Origin: Cycas panzhihuaensis
Lineage: Eukaryota; Plantae; Cycadophyta
Assembly: GCA_023213395.1 (NCBI GenBank)
Contig: CM041465.1
Coordinates: 153,085,741 to 153,149,740 of the forward strand
Reading direction: 5' to 3'
Length of the DNA: 64,000 bases
Shown: positions 43,902 through 57,575 of the stretch, piece after piece
Layout of the letters: the number at the start of each line of letters is the position of its first letter
How positions within the stretch are numbered: the first letter of the stretch is position 1
The notes under the pieces: model-generated
Seen by the model: the letters and a program-made list of their open reading frames with translations, nothing else
The model's database searches: none
Told to the model about the DNA's origin: nothing
Position numbers and translations under genes: made by a program

Positions 43902-46479
43902 TGAGATCACTCCTGTGGGGGTACCTAAGACTACTCACACCAAGGGGAACCAGGTCTAGGGTGTTAAACCTAGTACAGGAGTGTGATGGAACCCTAGGTT
44001 GCCCACATGAGGTGCTCATGCACCATGAATGTGTGGATTTGGGAATGCACAGTTATATTTCCTTCTCCTTTGCTTAAGGTTTTAAGAAGGAGGGGACCAC
44101 AGTTGGATAATCACCCTTGGCAAGGGGATAACATGGCAAAGAAAATAGGAAAAGACAAATGGAAGAGAGAGGAGAGAAAGAGAATAAGTAAATGATCCTA
44201 AGCCCTCTTAACTAGGCAAAAGGGTATGGTATGGTTTTATTTTGATATTGTATAAGAATAATAATAGCAAGAAAGGAAAGAAAATAAAGAGGAGTGCAAA
44301 ATAAATGAAAACCTCACTCTCTTTTCTTTTACCACTCTTTTCCCTCTTCTTTTCTAGAAAAATGAAGAAACATGCAAATGGACAAAGAAAGGGTATAGGA
44401 GCAAATAAGGGGACCTCACTCTCTTTGCCTTCATCTCTATTTTCTCTCTTTATTTTAGAAAAGAGGAAAGAAGACTATATGCTAATAAAGAAGGAGAAAC
44501 ATAGATGCATTTAAAATGGAAGAAATAAAGAGAAGGAAAGGTAGGTATTCCTCTTCTACATGTAACCTTAGCTCAATATCCCATTATCTCAAATATTCCT
44601 TTCACTAAATGAAAAGAAAGGGAAGCCTATTCCTTTTTCCTATGAAATAATTTCTTCTTATTTATGAAATTCAAGATATCCCCTAAACCCTTATTCCCTC
44701 CTTTTGATGATGATGCAACTAATAAGAATAAACCATAAAAGGGGAAACAAATTCATTATAAATGGGGGTGTGAGATGAGAAATATGATAAGAATATAAAA
44801 AGGAAAGGAGGAAAGAGTAACTGAAGTATACCCATATCCAATAGATGGTTGATGATGTCACTTCCCCTCACCTCTCTTCATCCTTCCTCTCTAATGGTCA
44901 TGTTGCTAGTTGAAACAAGATTATGGGGGCTCCACTTACCCACCCCAAATGAATCAAAGCAACTAATAGAAAGCAAGTGTAGGAAAAAGTAAAGGAAATA
45001 TATGTAATAAGATAGCACAAAACATAGATAATGCTTACCTTATAGAAGTGCACCTTCTCCCAACCCTAACATGGATGGAAGAGGGTTGCTCTTTCTTATA
45101 CCTATAAGTTAGATCTAAAAGGAGGCTACTCTAATAACCCTTTAACAAATCTACTTACATAAAAAGAGTTAATCAATATATATGATCAAGGAATACGTAT
45201 ATAAGTAGGTGTAACATATAAGAGAATGGTGACAATAAAAGTAAAGATAAGATGAGGAGGGGAGAAGCACCTCAGAATAGTGTGGCTCCCCCTAATAAGG
45301 GCATTTCCCTTAGTTATGTTAAGAAAAGCCTCCCCAACAAGCACCTACAACTTAATAGTAAAATATATGGAAAGGAAAGGATGGAAAGACCAAGTAAATC
45401 CAATCCTACCCTTAATTATTACAACCAAAAGAAAAGCTACCAAATCCCCAAAAAACCTTAGCTATGTAACAAATAATAATGAAGCAAAGAAGAGAAGGGT
45501 GAGAGGGAGTATCACCAAAAAATAATCCAATGGAGAAGAAGGAGGATATGATGGTTGTATAATATAGTACTCTCTAATGTCCCTTTGCTTGTGTTAGATT
45601 GGATCTCCACTTCTTCACCTTAGCTCCTTAAGGATGCCAGTTGTGTTAAGTGTGAGAGGGTCGATTTGATAGAAATTATGAAGTATTTTAGTATGGCAAG
45701 AAGAGTAGAAGATGATAGATGATCCACCCACAAAATAGAGGGAATTTATAGGCAAAAACAAGGTGAGGGGTGGTGGTTTCATGCCCACAAGGTGGAGAAA
45801 CCACCACTTAAAACTAAGGTAAGAGCTACACTAGGAAGCTCAAATCGTCACAAAATTTGAATAAAAAATTGGTTTTGAGGTCCAATTGGGGTTCCCAAGG
45901 GGATGGCAAGCCATTTTTGGCTAACATAGCATGACAAGCCCTTCTAACAAGGTGACAAAATAGTTGTTGGGCCATTGGGAAGGTAGCTAGGTAAGTTAAT
46001 AGTTGTACTATGGCCAAAGTTGTAGTACCATAAATTTAGTTGTCGTACCATAAAACACTCTACAATATTACTTTCTATAGTAGAAATGGTTGCAAGATGA
46101 TAGCAGAGAGAGAAAATAAGGCTCAAAACTAGTCCTAAAGGCACTCTAACTCCCAGAAATAAACCCTAATATTTGAAATGGTTAGTGATCAATGGGTATA
46201 AAGGGAAAACAAGGCTAAAAGGATAAGGACAAGGCTAAAAAATGAGTTGAAGGGCCATGGGAGAGGTCCATTTTTTTAACTAATGGGCTGACTAGGGGCT
46301 CTAAGGCCATTGGACTATAGTTTTAGTCATCATAGGCAAAAAGGCAAACATAAGAAAGTATGATATATAAATAGGCAGACATCTAATCAACTAATAAAAT
46401 GCATGTTGTAAGGACAATATAAGCAATGCAATAGAGGTGAAGAAGCATACCCTTAATGTTTACTGGGAGCTAGGTAATA
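43902..46479 (-). repeat. 3' LTR of A4 (~2.58 kb)
   Basis: Direct repeat of 53053-55643, roughly 85% by eye, mostly transitions. Confidence 0.93.
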
Positions 46480-46999
46480 TTACCCCCTTAGAAGCAAAGC
46501 CTCTTCACTCCAAAGCTAAAAGATGGTAAATGCTGCCAATACAAATAATATGAGATAAAACCAAATAATCAAACATGTGTGTGTGACGAGGGACAATAAT
46601 GTCAACCATAGTGATGCCTCATTAGTAGGTAGTCAAAGGTGCAAAAGCCATGGAGAAAGAAATAGGTTGATTGTGGGACCAAAACCTCACCTTATTAACT
46701 AGACACCCAAGGCAAGCATAAGCAAGGAAGCTACCAATCCAAGGGGTTGCCTTAGTGATAAGCTGAAAAGAAGGGCAAATGACCAAGGGGTTACCTTGGT
46801 GACAAGCCATAAAAAAGGCAAGAAGGCTTAAGAAAGGGGGATTAAAATCCTAAAATCTCCCCAAATAGTGGAGAAGGATGCCTAAGGAGTATTTGAGGAG
46901 GAAGGTATCTATAATAATAAGTGAAAAGAAGAGTAGCCACCATAGTTTAGCCTCATTAGTGACCGAGATTTAGAGGTTGGAAGGAGGTTTTAACTATAA

Positions 47000-49900
47000 A
47001 ACTATTTGAGGTATTAACCATTAACCTCCTTTTCAAACTTGAGGCCCTCTAGCATGGTGATACTATATTATTAATGGTCTCAATGACCATGAAGGGGCCC
47101 ATCTACTTGGGGCTAAATTTGGAAATATGATCATGTAGGTATTCTAATTTGAGGACTTAATCCCAAGGGCTTAAAAGGTGCAACCACAGACATTTATCAT
47201 GCATCTTTTGTGCTTGAGTTTTGGATGCCAAATTGGCTTGGTATGTAGCTAGGCATTTTTCATCCAAAGCTTCAAGGTTGTAGAGGCAAGCTTGGTATAA
47301 CCACTCCTCATTAGTAAACTCCTTAAGGGAGACCCTTAAGGATGGAATCTTAACTTTAAGGGGGAGTACCAACTCAAACCCATAGACTAGAGAGAATGGG
47401 TTCATCCCTGTAGCTATTCAGATCAAGGTACGGTAGGCCCATAAAACCAAATATAGCTATAGATACTAATTATATTAGGATTAGGCAACAATGTTCTTGA
47501 GAATATTGATAAGAGTCTTGTTTAAGGATTCAATTTGGCCATTGGCCTAAGGATAATAAGGGGGTGAAGTTTCATGAGAGATTCTAAAATGCTCACAAAG
47601 CTCGTCCACCTCCTTATTACAAAATAGAATATTATTATCTGTGATAAGGATGTCAGGAACCCAAAAATGACAAATGATATGTTGGAATATGAAAGTAGCA
47701 ATGGTTTTGCCCATTGTCAAAGAAAAAGGAATGGCTTCAGCCTATTTGGTAAAATACTCAGTGGCTATTAGGATAAATTTGTGTTAGGTTGAAGAGAGAG
47801 GGAAATTGCCCTGATGCGGTCTAAACCCCACTAGGAAAAATGCCATGGTGAGACGATTGTGTGCAATGCCTTACAAGATTATCGAATTATATTAGCATGG
47901 TCTTGGCACCCTGCAACACTATTAGGCATATATATGTGTGTCTTTGAATAATGTCAGCCAATAGAAATCCATTCATAGTATGTATTAGGCTATGGATTAG
48001 ACTCCAGAATGACCTCCACAAATGTTGTTATGGCATTTGTAAAGAATTTGATTAGTCTACTCTAGATTCACGTAATGAAAGAGCACTCCATCAAAAGATC
48101 TCTTATACAAGGCATATTTTATAAGTAAATATTGTTAGGCAGTCACCCTCATGTGTAGCTTAACTTTATCACTGGCATTAACTGAATATTTTTATTAAGT
48201 TGGGTAGTTGACAATATCACCATACCAGTCATTGGTAGCCAATAGATGGGTGACGATTTGATGGAGGGCTAGGATAGAATTATTCAATAAAGAGTCATCG
48301 ATGGAAGTACTATGTGTGCTAGGGATTAGAGCATATGCTAGATGCTCTGTAATGACCATGCCCTTTTTGGACTTGTAGTTAACAATTCTAAGGTCATACT
48401 CTTGAAGGATAATAGCCCATTAAGAAGGTGCCTCAAAAGGTTAGATTAAACTACCATGTGAGTGGTATTACCCAAGAGGTAGTGTTTGAACTTCTTGACA
48501 GCATAGACTAATTCCAAACACTCATTTTCTACTAAGGGATAGTTCTGTTCTGACACGACTAAGGTGTGACTAATAAAATAGATAGCTCTCTCTATCTTAG
48601 AGTCATCCTCCTAGGCTAATATGGCACCCATAGATTCATCTTTCGTAGAAGTGTAGAGTATAAAAGGATAGTCAAAAAGAGGGAGGTTCAAGATCAAGGC
48701 CAAGATGAGAGTCCTTTTAAGCTCTTGATAGGCCTCTTGGGCCCCAAAAGACCAAATGAAGGGGTTTCCCTTATTTAGGATATTAGTCAAAAGTTTAACG
48801 TTAATGGTAAAATCCACCAAGAAATGCCTCAAGAAACCCAACTACCTCAAGAATGATTTTATTTGGCATTACGTTCTTGGGGGTGGCATGTCAACAATAA
48901 CTCTAACCTTATTAGGGTCCACTTGGATTCCTTGTTTTGAGATAAGGAATCCTTAGAGTTTACTTACCATTACTCCAAAGATGTACTTTAGTGGGTTTAG
49001 GCTAATGTGGTATTTATGATACTTGGCAAAGATCATCCTAAGGTTAGAAGGATGATCGACCCTTTTAGGGAAAGGCCCATCAAGTCATCCATAAAGACTT
49101 ATAGAATCTCATTAATAAGGTCATGAAAGATGAAATGCATGGCCCTTTGATAGGTGGCAAGAGCATTCTTAAGACCAAATGGAATTATCTTATAAGTATA
49201 AATCCCCCAAGGAGTGGTAAATACCATCTTGTGATGGTTCTCAGGGGACATCTGGATATGATTATAGCTAGAGAAGCTATCCATTAAGGACATTACTTCA
49301 AAGCTAGTAGTCTAGTTAATGATTTGATCAATAAAAGGTAAAAGGAAGTTGTACTTAGGGCACACATCATTAATATCCCTAAATTCAACACAAATTCTTA
49401 TGGACCTATTTTTTTTTGCAATGAGAATAATGTTAAAGACCCATTCAAGATAATTGATGGAAATGATTAGACCTATATTAAGCAACTTCTTAACTTCCAT
49501 CTTAACTATAGTAGAGAGCTTAAGGTGCGAAGGACACTATTTTTGCCTAAATGGACTAGCACCTAGGATAGTAGTAAGGTTATGAGTAATAATATTAAGG
49601 TCAATGCCCTTCATGTTGGAGTAGTCACATGCAAATATGTCATGAAACTCATGGAAGAATTTGGTGTATTCTTCTACTTCTTTGGGGGAACATTTTGCCC
49701 CTACCTTGAGGACTCTATCAGGGGTAAGGATGATGTTGTGAGTCACCCTTATACATAACATGTTCCCTACTTCGAAAAGAAGGGGGGCTTGATCCACATG
49801 TAGTTGAGGTAGAAGGGATGCTTAGTTGGGTTCTACCAATAGAGAATCAATTGCCAAGTACTTCCAGAAACTAAGCTTATGGTGTCTAGAAGGCAAATTA

Positions 49901-50290
49901 AGTGAAGCCCCTCCTAAATACTCTAACAAAGCTTCATTGTTCTCAAAGTAATTTGTCCCATGGATAGTCTTAATTGTAATAGGGTATGAAGGGTTGGGAG
50001 TCCTAAAAGCATCAATAAGAGAAGGAAGGTTCTCATGGGATGATTCCCTAGAGGTTCAAGAAATAAGAGTGACATGTCACAGAGGGGGCTTATGGCCAGT
50101 GCCAGTAACATTCCCTTTTACTAGAGTATGGGAGGTCTCTAGGATCAAACAAGATAGTGGGAGGTCCATAAGAAGTAGTACCTACAACATGGAAAAGAGC
50201 ATCTTGTTGTCTAAGAGCCTCTAGAAGAAGAGCATGTTGCTCAGGACAACTTTGTAAGACATCCATCATGGACATTCTTGTAAGCATAGA
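47000..50290 (-). pseudogene. pol of A4 (RT, degenerate RNase H, integrase)
   Basis: IRICVEFRDIN, MDSFSSYNHI, PFGLKNALATYQR, FMDDL, LYTSTKDESMGAILA, YFTK*AEAI, NPFSLVYG. Confidence 0.92.
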
Positions 50291-50999
50291 GAGTGAATTT
50301 TCAATAATGGAGAAGACCTTCCCCTTCCCAGTGGATTAGGGAAGGGTCCTTCTAAAATCATAGTGCCCTGGGTACATGAGAATGTTCTTTTGAATGAGAG
50401 GGATCTTCATAATAGGAGCATTTATAAGGGGTTATTATTGGGAAGAGGAGGCTTCACCAGCCTCCTTAGTGGCTTGGGATTGCATAACTAGGTACACAAG
50501 GGCGGTCTCAAGCAACTAGATAATCTTCCTCTTCTTATTCTTAGAATAAAAGAGGAGGTACGGTGGGTTGTAGGACTAGGAGGAGGAGAGCAGTCAATAG
50601 GGGCTTTACCCTTAGACTGATTTGAGAAAGGAGTAGGAGTTTGCCTCATATTCCTTACTCTCCTACTCTAAGGGGAATGATCCCATCCCTCATGGTTGGG
50701 GAATGACTCCTGATAAATAGGTTGCTTAAGTGTTACTTCCAACATCATAACTCATCATGGAACCACTCCCCATGCATGGAATAATGCTTCTTTCTAGGAG
50801 GGGAGCATGCCCTTTCCTTTAAGAAGCATTGCTTGTACCTATAGATGAGGAGGTCTTCAAATTCTAATGGACTAGATGTTGAGATTTAGGAGAAGTTTAG
50901 GTTGGTTGCAACTTAAGATCCTTAACCATTCATTTGAAGGAGTAAATAGCTGAGGTAAGAGGGTGTAAGGTCTTGTCAGTGGTACGAACAAAAGTCTTT

Positions 51000-52630
51000 G
51001 AAATAGGTTACTTACCCTTTTGGTCATATGAGGGAGGGGGTGCCTCATGATGTTATGATTGCTTAGGAAGTTTCTTAAGTTTAGCTTGGATCTTAATGGC
51101 TTCCAATGCCAAGCACTTGACTATAGAAGAATCATAAGAGCTCACTCCCATTTTCAAGACCTCAATGTATACCTCAGGGTGCAACACATTAACTAAGAGA
51201 TCTCTCTTCAACTCTTCAAGCAATGTGGCCTTACAAGAGTGAATGAGATCATGGAACCACCGTATAAAGTCATGGTTCAACTCCTCAAGGCCTTGTTTAA
51301 CTGAGAGTAGAGCTTCAACCCCACTCTCGAAAGGTTGAGAAACATTGAAATAATTGATGAATTCATTAACTAATTACTGGAAGGTAGAAATGGAGTGAAC
51401 GGGGAGATGATAAAACCACTTAAGAGTATCTCCCTAGAGGGATTAAGGAAAAAGCTTCATCAGAATGTGGTTGTAAGCCCAATAGTCTATGCATGCCATG
51501 ACAAATGATCTGACATGCTCTATTGGGTCATGGGAAGAGGCATTATCAAACTTGGATACCTAGGGAGGATGAGGTAGTAAGTTGGTTCTTAATGCCTCAA
51601 TGGAAAAGGGAGTTGACTAATGGTCAACAAAGGGATGGGTCCCCAGTTAGGCTAGTGGATCAACTTGAGAATGAAGGAATGTAGTATAAGGATGCCCACA
51701 CCCAATATTTGGTGAGTAATAGGTGGCATCATAAGGATAATGCCCTTATTAGTAAGGTACATAGGAGGTGGGAGGGTAGGATATCCCTCCTAGTAGACAT
51801 GAGTAAATAACCCCCTCATGGGGAATCATTGAATAAGAAGGTGAGTGAGAGGGTCTCACTGCACCTTAGGGATAGGCTGCATGGGAGTGTAAAGGTTGAA
51901 GATATAGTCTTGTAGGAGCAAATGGGTAAACATATGAGGAAGCACCTACATAAGGCATAAAACAAGGTTGATGGAATATAAGATGAGGAATGGGGTTTTG
52001 CCTATATGGACCCCTAAGGGGAGGGGTAACCCCATAAGGATGAAGGGGATCAACCCTATATGTAGGAAGTAGATTTAATCCCCATGCCCCTAGGGTTAAG
52101 AAATATATCTTGGAGGGATGAAGAGTGAAGGGCTCATGAGTTGTGGCTATGGACAGATGGAAGTCATGCCTCTATATCTTACATGGCATATAGAAAAGGT
52201 CATGGTTGAGGGATAAGAAAAGGTAGATATAGTAATAGTTTAGGGCATGTTGGTTGAAAGTGAGGATATACTCACTCTTGCATGAGGGGTTTGTATAGTA
52301 GTAGTGGCTGGCTGGCCAAAAGAGATGCATGTAGAAACATACTCACAGAAACAACTTCCCGCAAGGTAAAGGAAGTAGAAGGATTGGATGAACGAGGGGG
52401 AACAATAGAAGATGGGGGAGTCGAAGTCTGAAAGAACCTATACAACCATTTGGGGAGTGATTATGTAGTTGCAACCTCAAAGCATTCCTATAAGGCCTTA
52501 ACTACATCCCCATGAGAAGTATATGAATGGTTGTAACAGGTGGAAGCCTCCCCTTAATAACTAGAATAGGATGGGTAGGTTAGGGGGACCCCTTCAGAAT
52601 ATGAAGTAGGGTCCCCATGATACATAGGGA
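51000..52630 (-). pseudogene. gag of A4
   Basis: ORF 51053-51280 and the upstream 51300-51650 region are homologous to A1 gag. The start is approximate. Confidence 0.85.
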
Positions 52631-53033
52631 GTGGTTAAGGGTCTTGGTAACCTTTAATTGATTTAACATGGTAACATGTGGGATCCCCACTAACTTGGGT
52701 GGGATTATAATAGGAAGAAGGGGCCTTAAGGCGAGGCTAATATGAAGTGCAAGGGTCATTAGCCCAATTGGAAGGGTAGCCTTCTATTGGTAACTCTTGA
52801 TTAGATGAAGGGATATAGGAATAGGCAAGCTCTACTTTAATGGGAAGCAAGCTATGTAAGTAATGTGAGAAATATTACATGTGCAGGTAAGACACCCTAC
52901 CTATGGAAGTCAAGGAAATATATGGAAGAACAAAAATCAATAAATAAGATATAAAGAGAGAGACACCCTAACAAACCCTAGAAAAAGGAATAAAAAGGGT
53001 GTGGAAGGGGGCTAAAGGAAACCTAACCGATGT

Positions 53034-53051
53034 TCCCCAATATGGTTGCCA
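53034..53051 (-). other. Primer-binding site of A4, decayed tRNA-Arg-like
   Basis: TGGCAACCATATTGGGGA 1 nt after the LTR-terminal CA. Confidence 0.75.
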
Positions 53052-53052
53052 G

Positions 53053-55643
53053 TGAGATCACTCTTACCAGGGGTACCTAAGACTACTCACACTAAGGGTA
53101 ACTAGGTCTAGGATGTGAAACCTAGTATGAGGATATGATGGAACCCTAGGTTGCCTATGCGGGATGCTCATGTACCATGGATATATAGATTTAGGAATGC
53201 ACAGATGTACTTCCTTCTCCTTTGCTTAGGGTTCTAAGAATGAGGGGACCATAATTAGATAATCACCCTTGGCAAGGGGCCAACATGGCAAAGAAAATAG
53301 GAAAAGACAGATGGAATAGGGGGGAGAGAGAGAATAGGTAAATGAACCCAGAACCTCTTAGTTTGACAAAAGGGTATAATAGGGTTTTGTTGTGATATTG
53401 TATAAGAATAATAACAACAAGAAATGGAAGAAAACAAAGAGGAGTACAAAATGAATGAAAACCTCACTCTCTTTCCTTTTACCACTCCTTTCCATTTTAT
53501 TTTCTATAAAAAGAAAGAAACATGTAAAGGAACAAAGAAAAGGTACAGGAACAAACAAGGGGACCTTGCTCTCTTTGCCTTTGTCTCTCTTTTCTCTCTT
53601 TATTTTAAAAAAGGGGAAAAGAAGCCTATATGTTAATCAAAGGAGAGAAACATGGATGCATTCAAAATGGAAGAAATAAAGAGAAGGGAAGGTAGGTATT
53701 CTTCTTCTATATACGACCCTAGCTCAATATCCACTTTCTCTAATATTCCTTTTTCCTATGAAACAATTTCTTCTTATTTCATGCAATGCAGGACACCCCC
53801 CAAACCCTTATTCCCTCCTTTTGATGATGATGCAACTAATAAGAATAAACCATAAAAGGGGGAAGGAATTATTTATAAATAGGGATGTGAGATGAGAAAG
53901 ATGATAAGAATATAAAAAGGAAAGGAGGAAAGAGTAAGTGAAGTTCACTCAGATCCAACAGACAATCAATGATGTCACTTCACTTTGCCTCTCTTAGTCC
54001 TTCCTCTCTAATGGTTGTGTTGCTAGTTGAAATGAGATGATGGGGCCTTCACATATCCACCCTAAATGAATAAGAGCAACTAATGGAAAGTAAGCATAGG
54101 AAAAAATAAAGGAAATATATGCAATAGGATAGCTCAAAACATAGATAATGCTTACCTTATAGAAGTGCACCTTCTCTAAACCCTAACAAGGATGGAAGAG
54201 GGTTGCTCCTTCTTATACCTAAAAGTTAGATCTAAAAGGAAGGCTACTCTAATAACCCTTCAATAAATCTACTTGCATGAAAAGAGTTAATCAATATATA
54301 TGATCAAGGAACATGTATACAAGCATGTGCAACATATAAGAGAATGGTAACAACAAAAATAAAGATAAGGTAAGGAGGGGAGAAGTGTCTCAAAATAGCA
54401 TGGCTCCTTCGACAAGGATATTTCCCTTAGTTATGTTAAGGAAAGCCTTCCCAACAAGCACTTAGAACTCAATGGTAAAATGTATATAAAGGAAAGGATG
54501 GAAAGACCAAGTAAATCCAATCCTACCTTTAATTATTACAACTAAAAGAAAAGCTGCCAAATCCCCAAAAATCCCTAACTATGTAATAAATAATAATGAA
54601 GCAAAGAAGAGAACAATAAGAGGGAGTATCACCAAAAGACAAAACAAGGTTGGATGGGGGATGCCTAATCTAATAGGAAAGAAGGAGGATGTGATGTCCA
54701 TCTAACGTAGTGCTCTACAATGTCCCTTTGCTTATGCTAGGTTAGATCTCCACTTCTTCATATTAGCTCCTCAAGGATGTTAGTTATGTCAAGTGTGAGA
54801 GGGTTGATGTAACAAAAATTTGGTAGTATTTTGGTGTGGTAAGAAGAGTAGAAGATGATAGATGATCCATCCTTAAAATAGAGGGTTTTATAGGCAAAAA
54901 TAAGGTGAGTGGGTAGTGGTTTCATGCCCATAAGGTGGAGAAACCACCAGCCAAAACCAAGGTAGAAGCTAAGGGGGAAAGCTCAAATCCTGACAAAATT
55001 TGAATAAAAATTTATTTTTGAGGTCCAATGGGGGTTCCCAAGGGTGTGATGAGTCATTCTATTAGACATGATATGGTAGTCCCACCTAACAATATGGCAA
55101 AATAGTTATTGAGCTATTGTAAAGGCAATTAGGTAAGCTAATAGTCATACCACAACCAAAGTTACAATAGTATAGATTTGGTTGTTATACCATAGAATCC
55201 TCTATGGCACTGATTTTTTCAATAGAAATGACTAGGGGATGATATCAGAGAGAGAATATAAGGCCCAAAAATAATCCTAAAGGCACTCTAACTCCTAGAA
55301 ATGAACCTCAAGGTTTGAAATTGTGAGTGATTTATGGGTGCAAAGGGAAAATAAGGCTAAAAGGACAAGGACGAGGCTAAAAAATGAGTTGTAGGTCATG
55401 GAAGAGGTCCCTTTTTCTAACTAATAGGTCAACCAGGGGGTTGTAAGGCCATGGAACTAGAATCCTAGTTGTCATAGGCAACAGACAAATACGAGCAAGC
55501 AAGATGTATAAATAAACAGACATCTAATCAACCAATAAAATACATGTTGTAAGGACAATATAAACAATGTGATGGAAGTGAAGATGCATGCCTAAACTTA
55601 CCTATGTCACCATGCTAACGCCATTCCTAGGAGTTAGGAAACA
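53053..55643 (-). repeat. 5' LTR of A4 (~2.59 kb)
   Basis: TGTTTCCTAACT...TGATCTCA, with the PBS and TSD adjacent. Confidence 0.93.
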
Positions 55644-57149
55644 ATAACCAATGGGTTACAGATCCGTATGAGGGGATGCCCCCTTAGTCAAATGATAAGG
55701 GAGACATAGTTACATGTATGGGTATAGGAGCACCACCTCCTATACTAGTAGGAGGAGAGGAAGAGGGCATTTATTGGGATGGTGATGTTAGTAGTCATGA
55801 GGGAGAGGATGCTCCTGAGGGAGGTGGTAGAGTTAATAAGCCACCTATGGCTTAGGGAGATGATATAGGAGGAGATATAGTTGGTAGAGAGGCTATTATA
55901 GGATTGGATCATCTTGAGGAGGTTATAGAGTTGAGAGTTATTATAGGAGCAACCGAGGGCAAATGGCTAGCGAATGGTACATATGTTATTTTGTTTAATG
56001 ATTTAAATTTAAGTGATTAAGATTTATAATTATGTAATTATCTTTCTTATGATGGGATGACTGACTTGTTTTATGTTGGTTATATATAAATGGGGATAAA
56101 TTAAATATGGCTTTCATGAGACATACCCTTGATGGTCTTTTGGATTTTGTATATGGGCTAGGAGAGCTGCCAATATGGAAAGATAGTAATCCAAAGTTTT
56201 CAGGTCCTCATACATAGTACTTTATGTCTACGATCAGAGTTAGGAACATGTATAGATCAGTAGAGGTATGTATGGGGATATGAGAGGCTGAGTTACGGGG
56301 ATAATTAACTACTCATGATGTAGAACTATAGGGACAATGAGCTACTCCAGATGTAGAGTTATAAGGATAATTAACTACTTAAGATGTACAACTCAGGGGT
56401 CTAGAGGCTTAGCTTAAGTCTATTGATGATGAGAGGTGACGTCTACAAAGGATGCCCATCCTACAGGCAGGTGGATGAGTTATCTTTTAGTTAGCCAAAG
56501 TGCATAGTAGGGGCATATTAACACATAGAGGGGAGAGGGGCCTTGTACTCATGGATGATATGCAGAGGGAAGTTAGGGTAGCTCTAGGTGGATGTGATAT
56601 TTAATATCATTATCTCCCATTAAAAGGGAGGGATATGGATGTATTATAATGTATCTTGTGATTGATATACAATGTATATTATTTCTTATATATACATTAT
56701 TTCTCATGATTTATATATGATGTGTATTATGCTGTTATTGTGATTCAAAGACTTTTAACCTTAGTTGGAACCCCACACCCCCCTCCCCCCCCACCCCCAT
56801 ATATCCCTTAATTTAACAAGAGTCAATTGGTAGTGTAAAGTTATATATTTCTCTTTTAGTGATGGTCATGCCATATGTGGATGTGTGGTATTGTATATAT
56901 CCCTTTGATTTTATCTTTTTAAGTATGTGATTTTATTTTCTAATACTTTTATGGATGTTTGATAATAACATTTTTTATATTAGTTTATACTCATATGTCT
57001 ATTGCTAGGAATGGATTTGACTACCATGGTTTATACTCTTTTATAGATAGGTTTCTAGAGTTGTAGTTTATTCACATTATAAAGAAAAGAAATCCTCAAG
57101 TACAAATCAAGGGGAGAATGGAAAGGTTACTCTGACTTATAAATAGAAA

Positions 57150-57575
57150 AAAGCACCCTCCTAAACTAGGCTATAAGTGATGGCATTTAATTATATAGGA
57201 GACAAGGAAGTCAACTTCAATATTTTGGGTTCTTGGAATATGTTGAGTTATAACAGTAAAAAAATATACTAATAGGATAGTAACATCATCAAGTAAAGAA
57301 TATAAATGGCTCAAATAAGCTTGATAAAAATGGGTAAGTTGGTAAACTATAATTTAAGAATCTAAAAATATGTTGATAGGTCCATTATGAAAGTTAAGAA
57401 CATCAATAAGAGCTCTAATGACTACTAGATACTTGGCTTTATTATTGGTTACTTATGAGATGAAGAAGCTAGCATTGGTGAGAATAATTCCCTTGCAATC
57501 ATGAATGACCCATGCTGTAGTGGAGACTATTGGGTTCCCTTAGCTCCTATCATCAGTATAGATGTTCAAAGCCAT
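57150..57575 (-). pseudogene. aRH of B2
   Basis: IYTDDRS*GNP..AWVIHD..VTNNKAKY..DS*II; uninterrupted homologue of the split B1 aRH. Confidence 0.78.

Larger units (their letters stand above)
43902..55643 (-). mobile_element. Family A copy A4, both LTRs present, internally reduced
   Basis: TSD ATAAC at 43897-43901 and 55644-55648; LTRs at 43902-46479 and 53053-55643; PBS; PPT TAAGGGGGTAA; gag-RT-RH-INT. Confidence 0.95.
43561..56620 (+). pseudogene. Antisense PMD gene of B2 (43561-43901 + 55649-~56620), 5' part missing
   Basis: The frame from 43624 reads RYNWA*YVVDSIHHQLS*AYHNGKGGLSYTSILL*WLYDHIPLT*P, resembling the PMD motif Y.W...L...L......LLQ.W.WEHIP..RP. It is followed by an acidic tail, a donor-like GTAC at 55977 with an AT-rich intron-like stretch, and a repeat-rich last exon at ~56280-56450. 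Confidence 0.72.
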
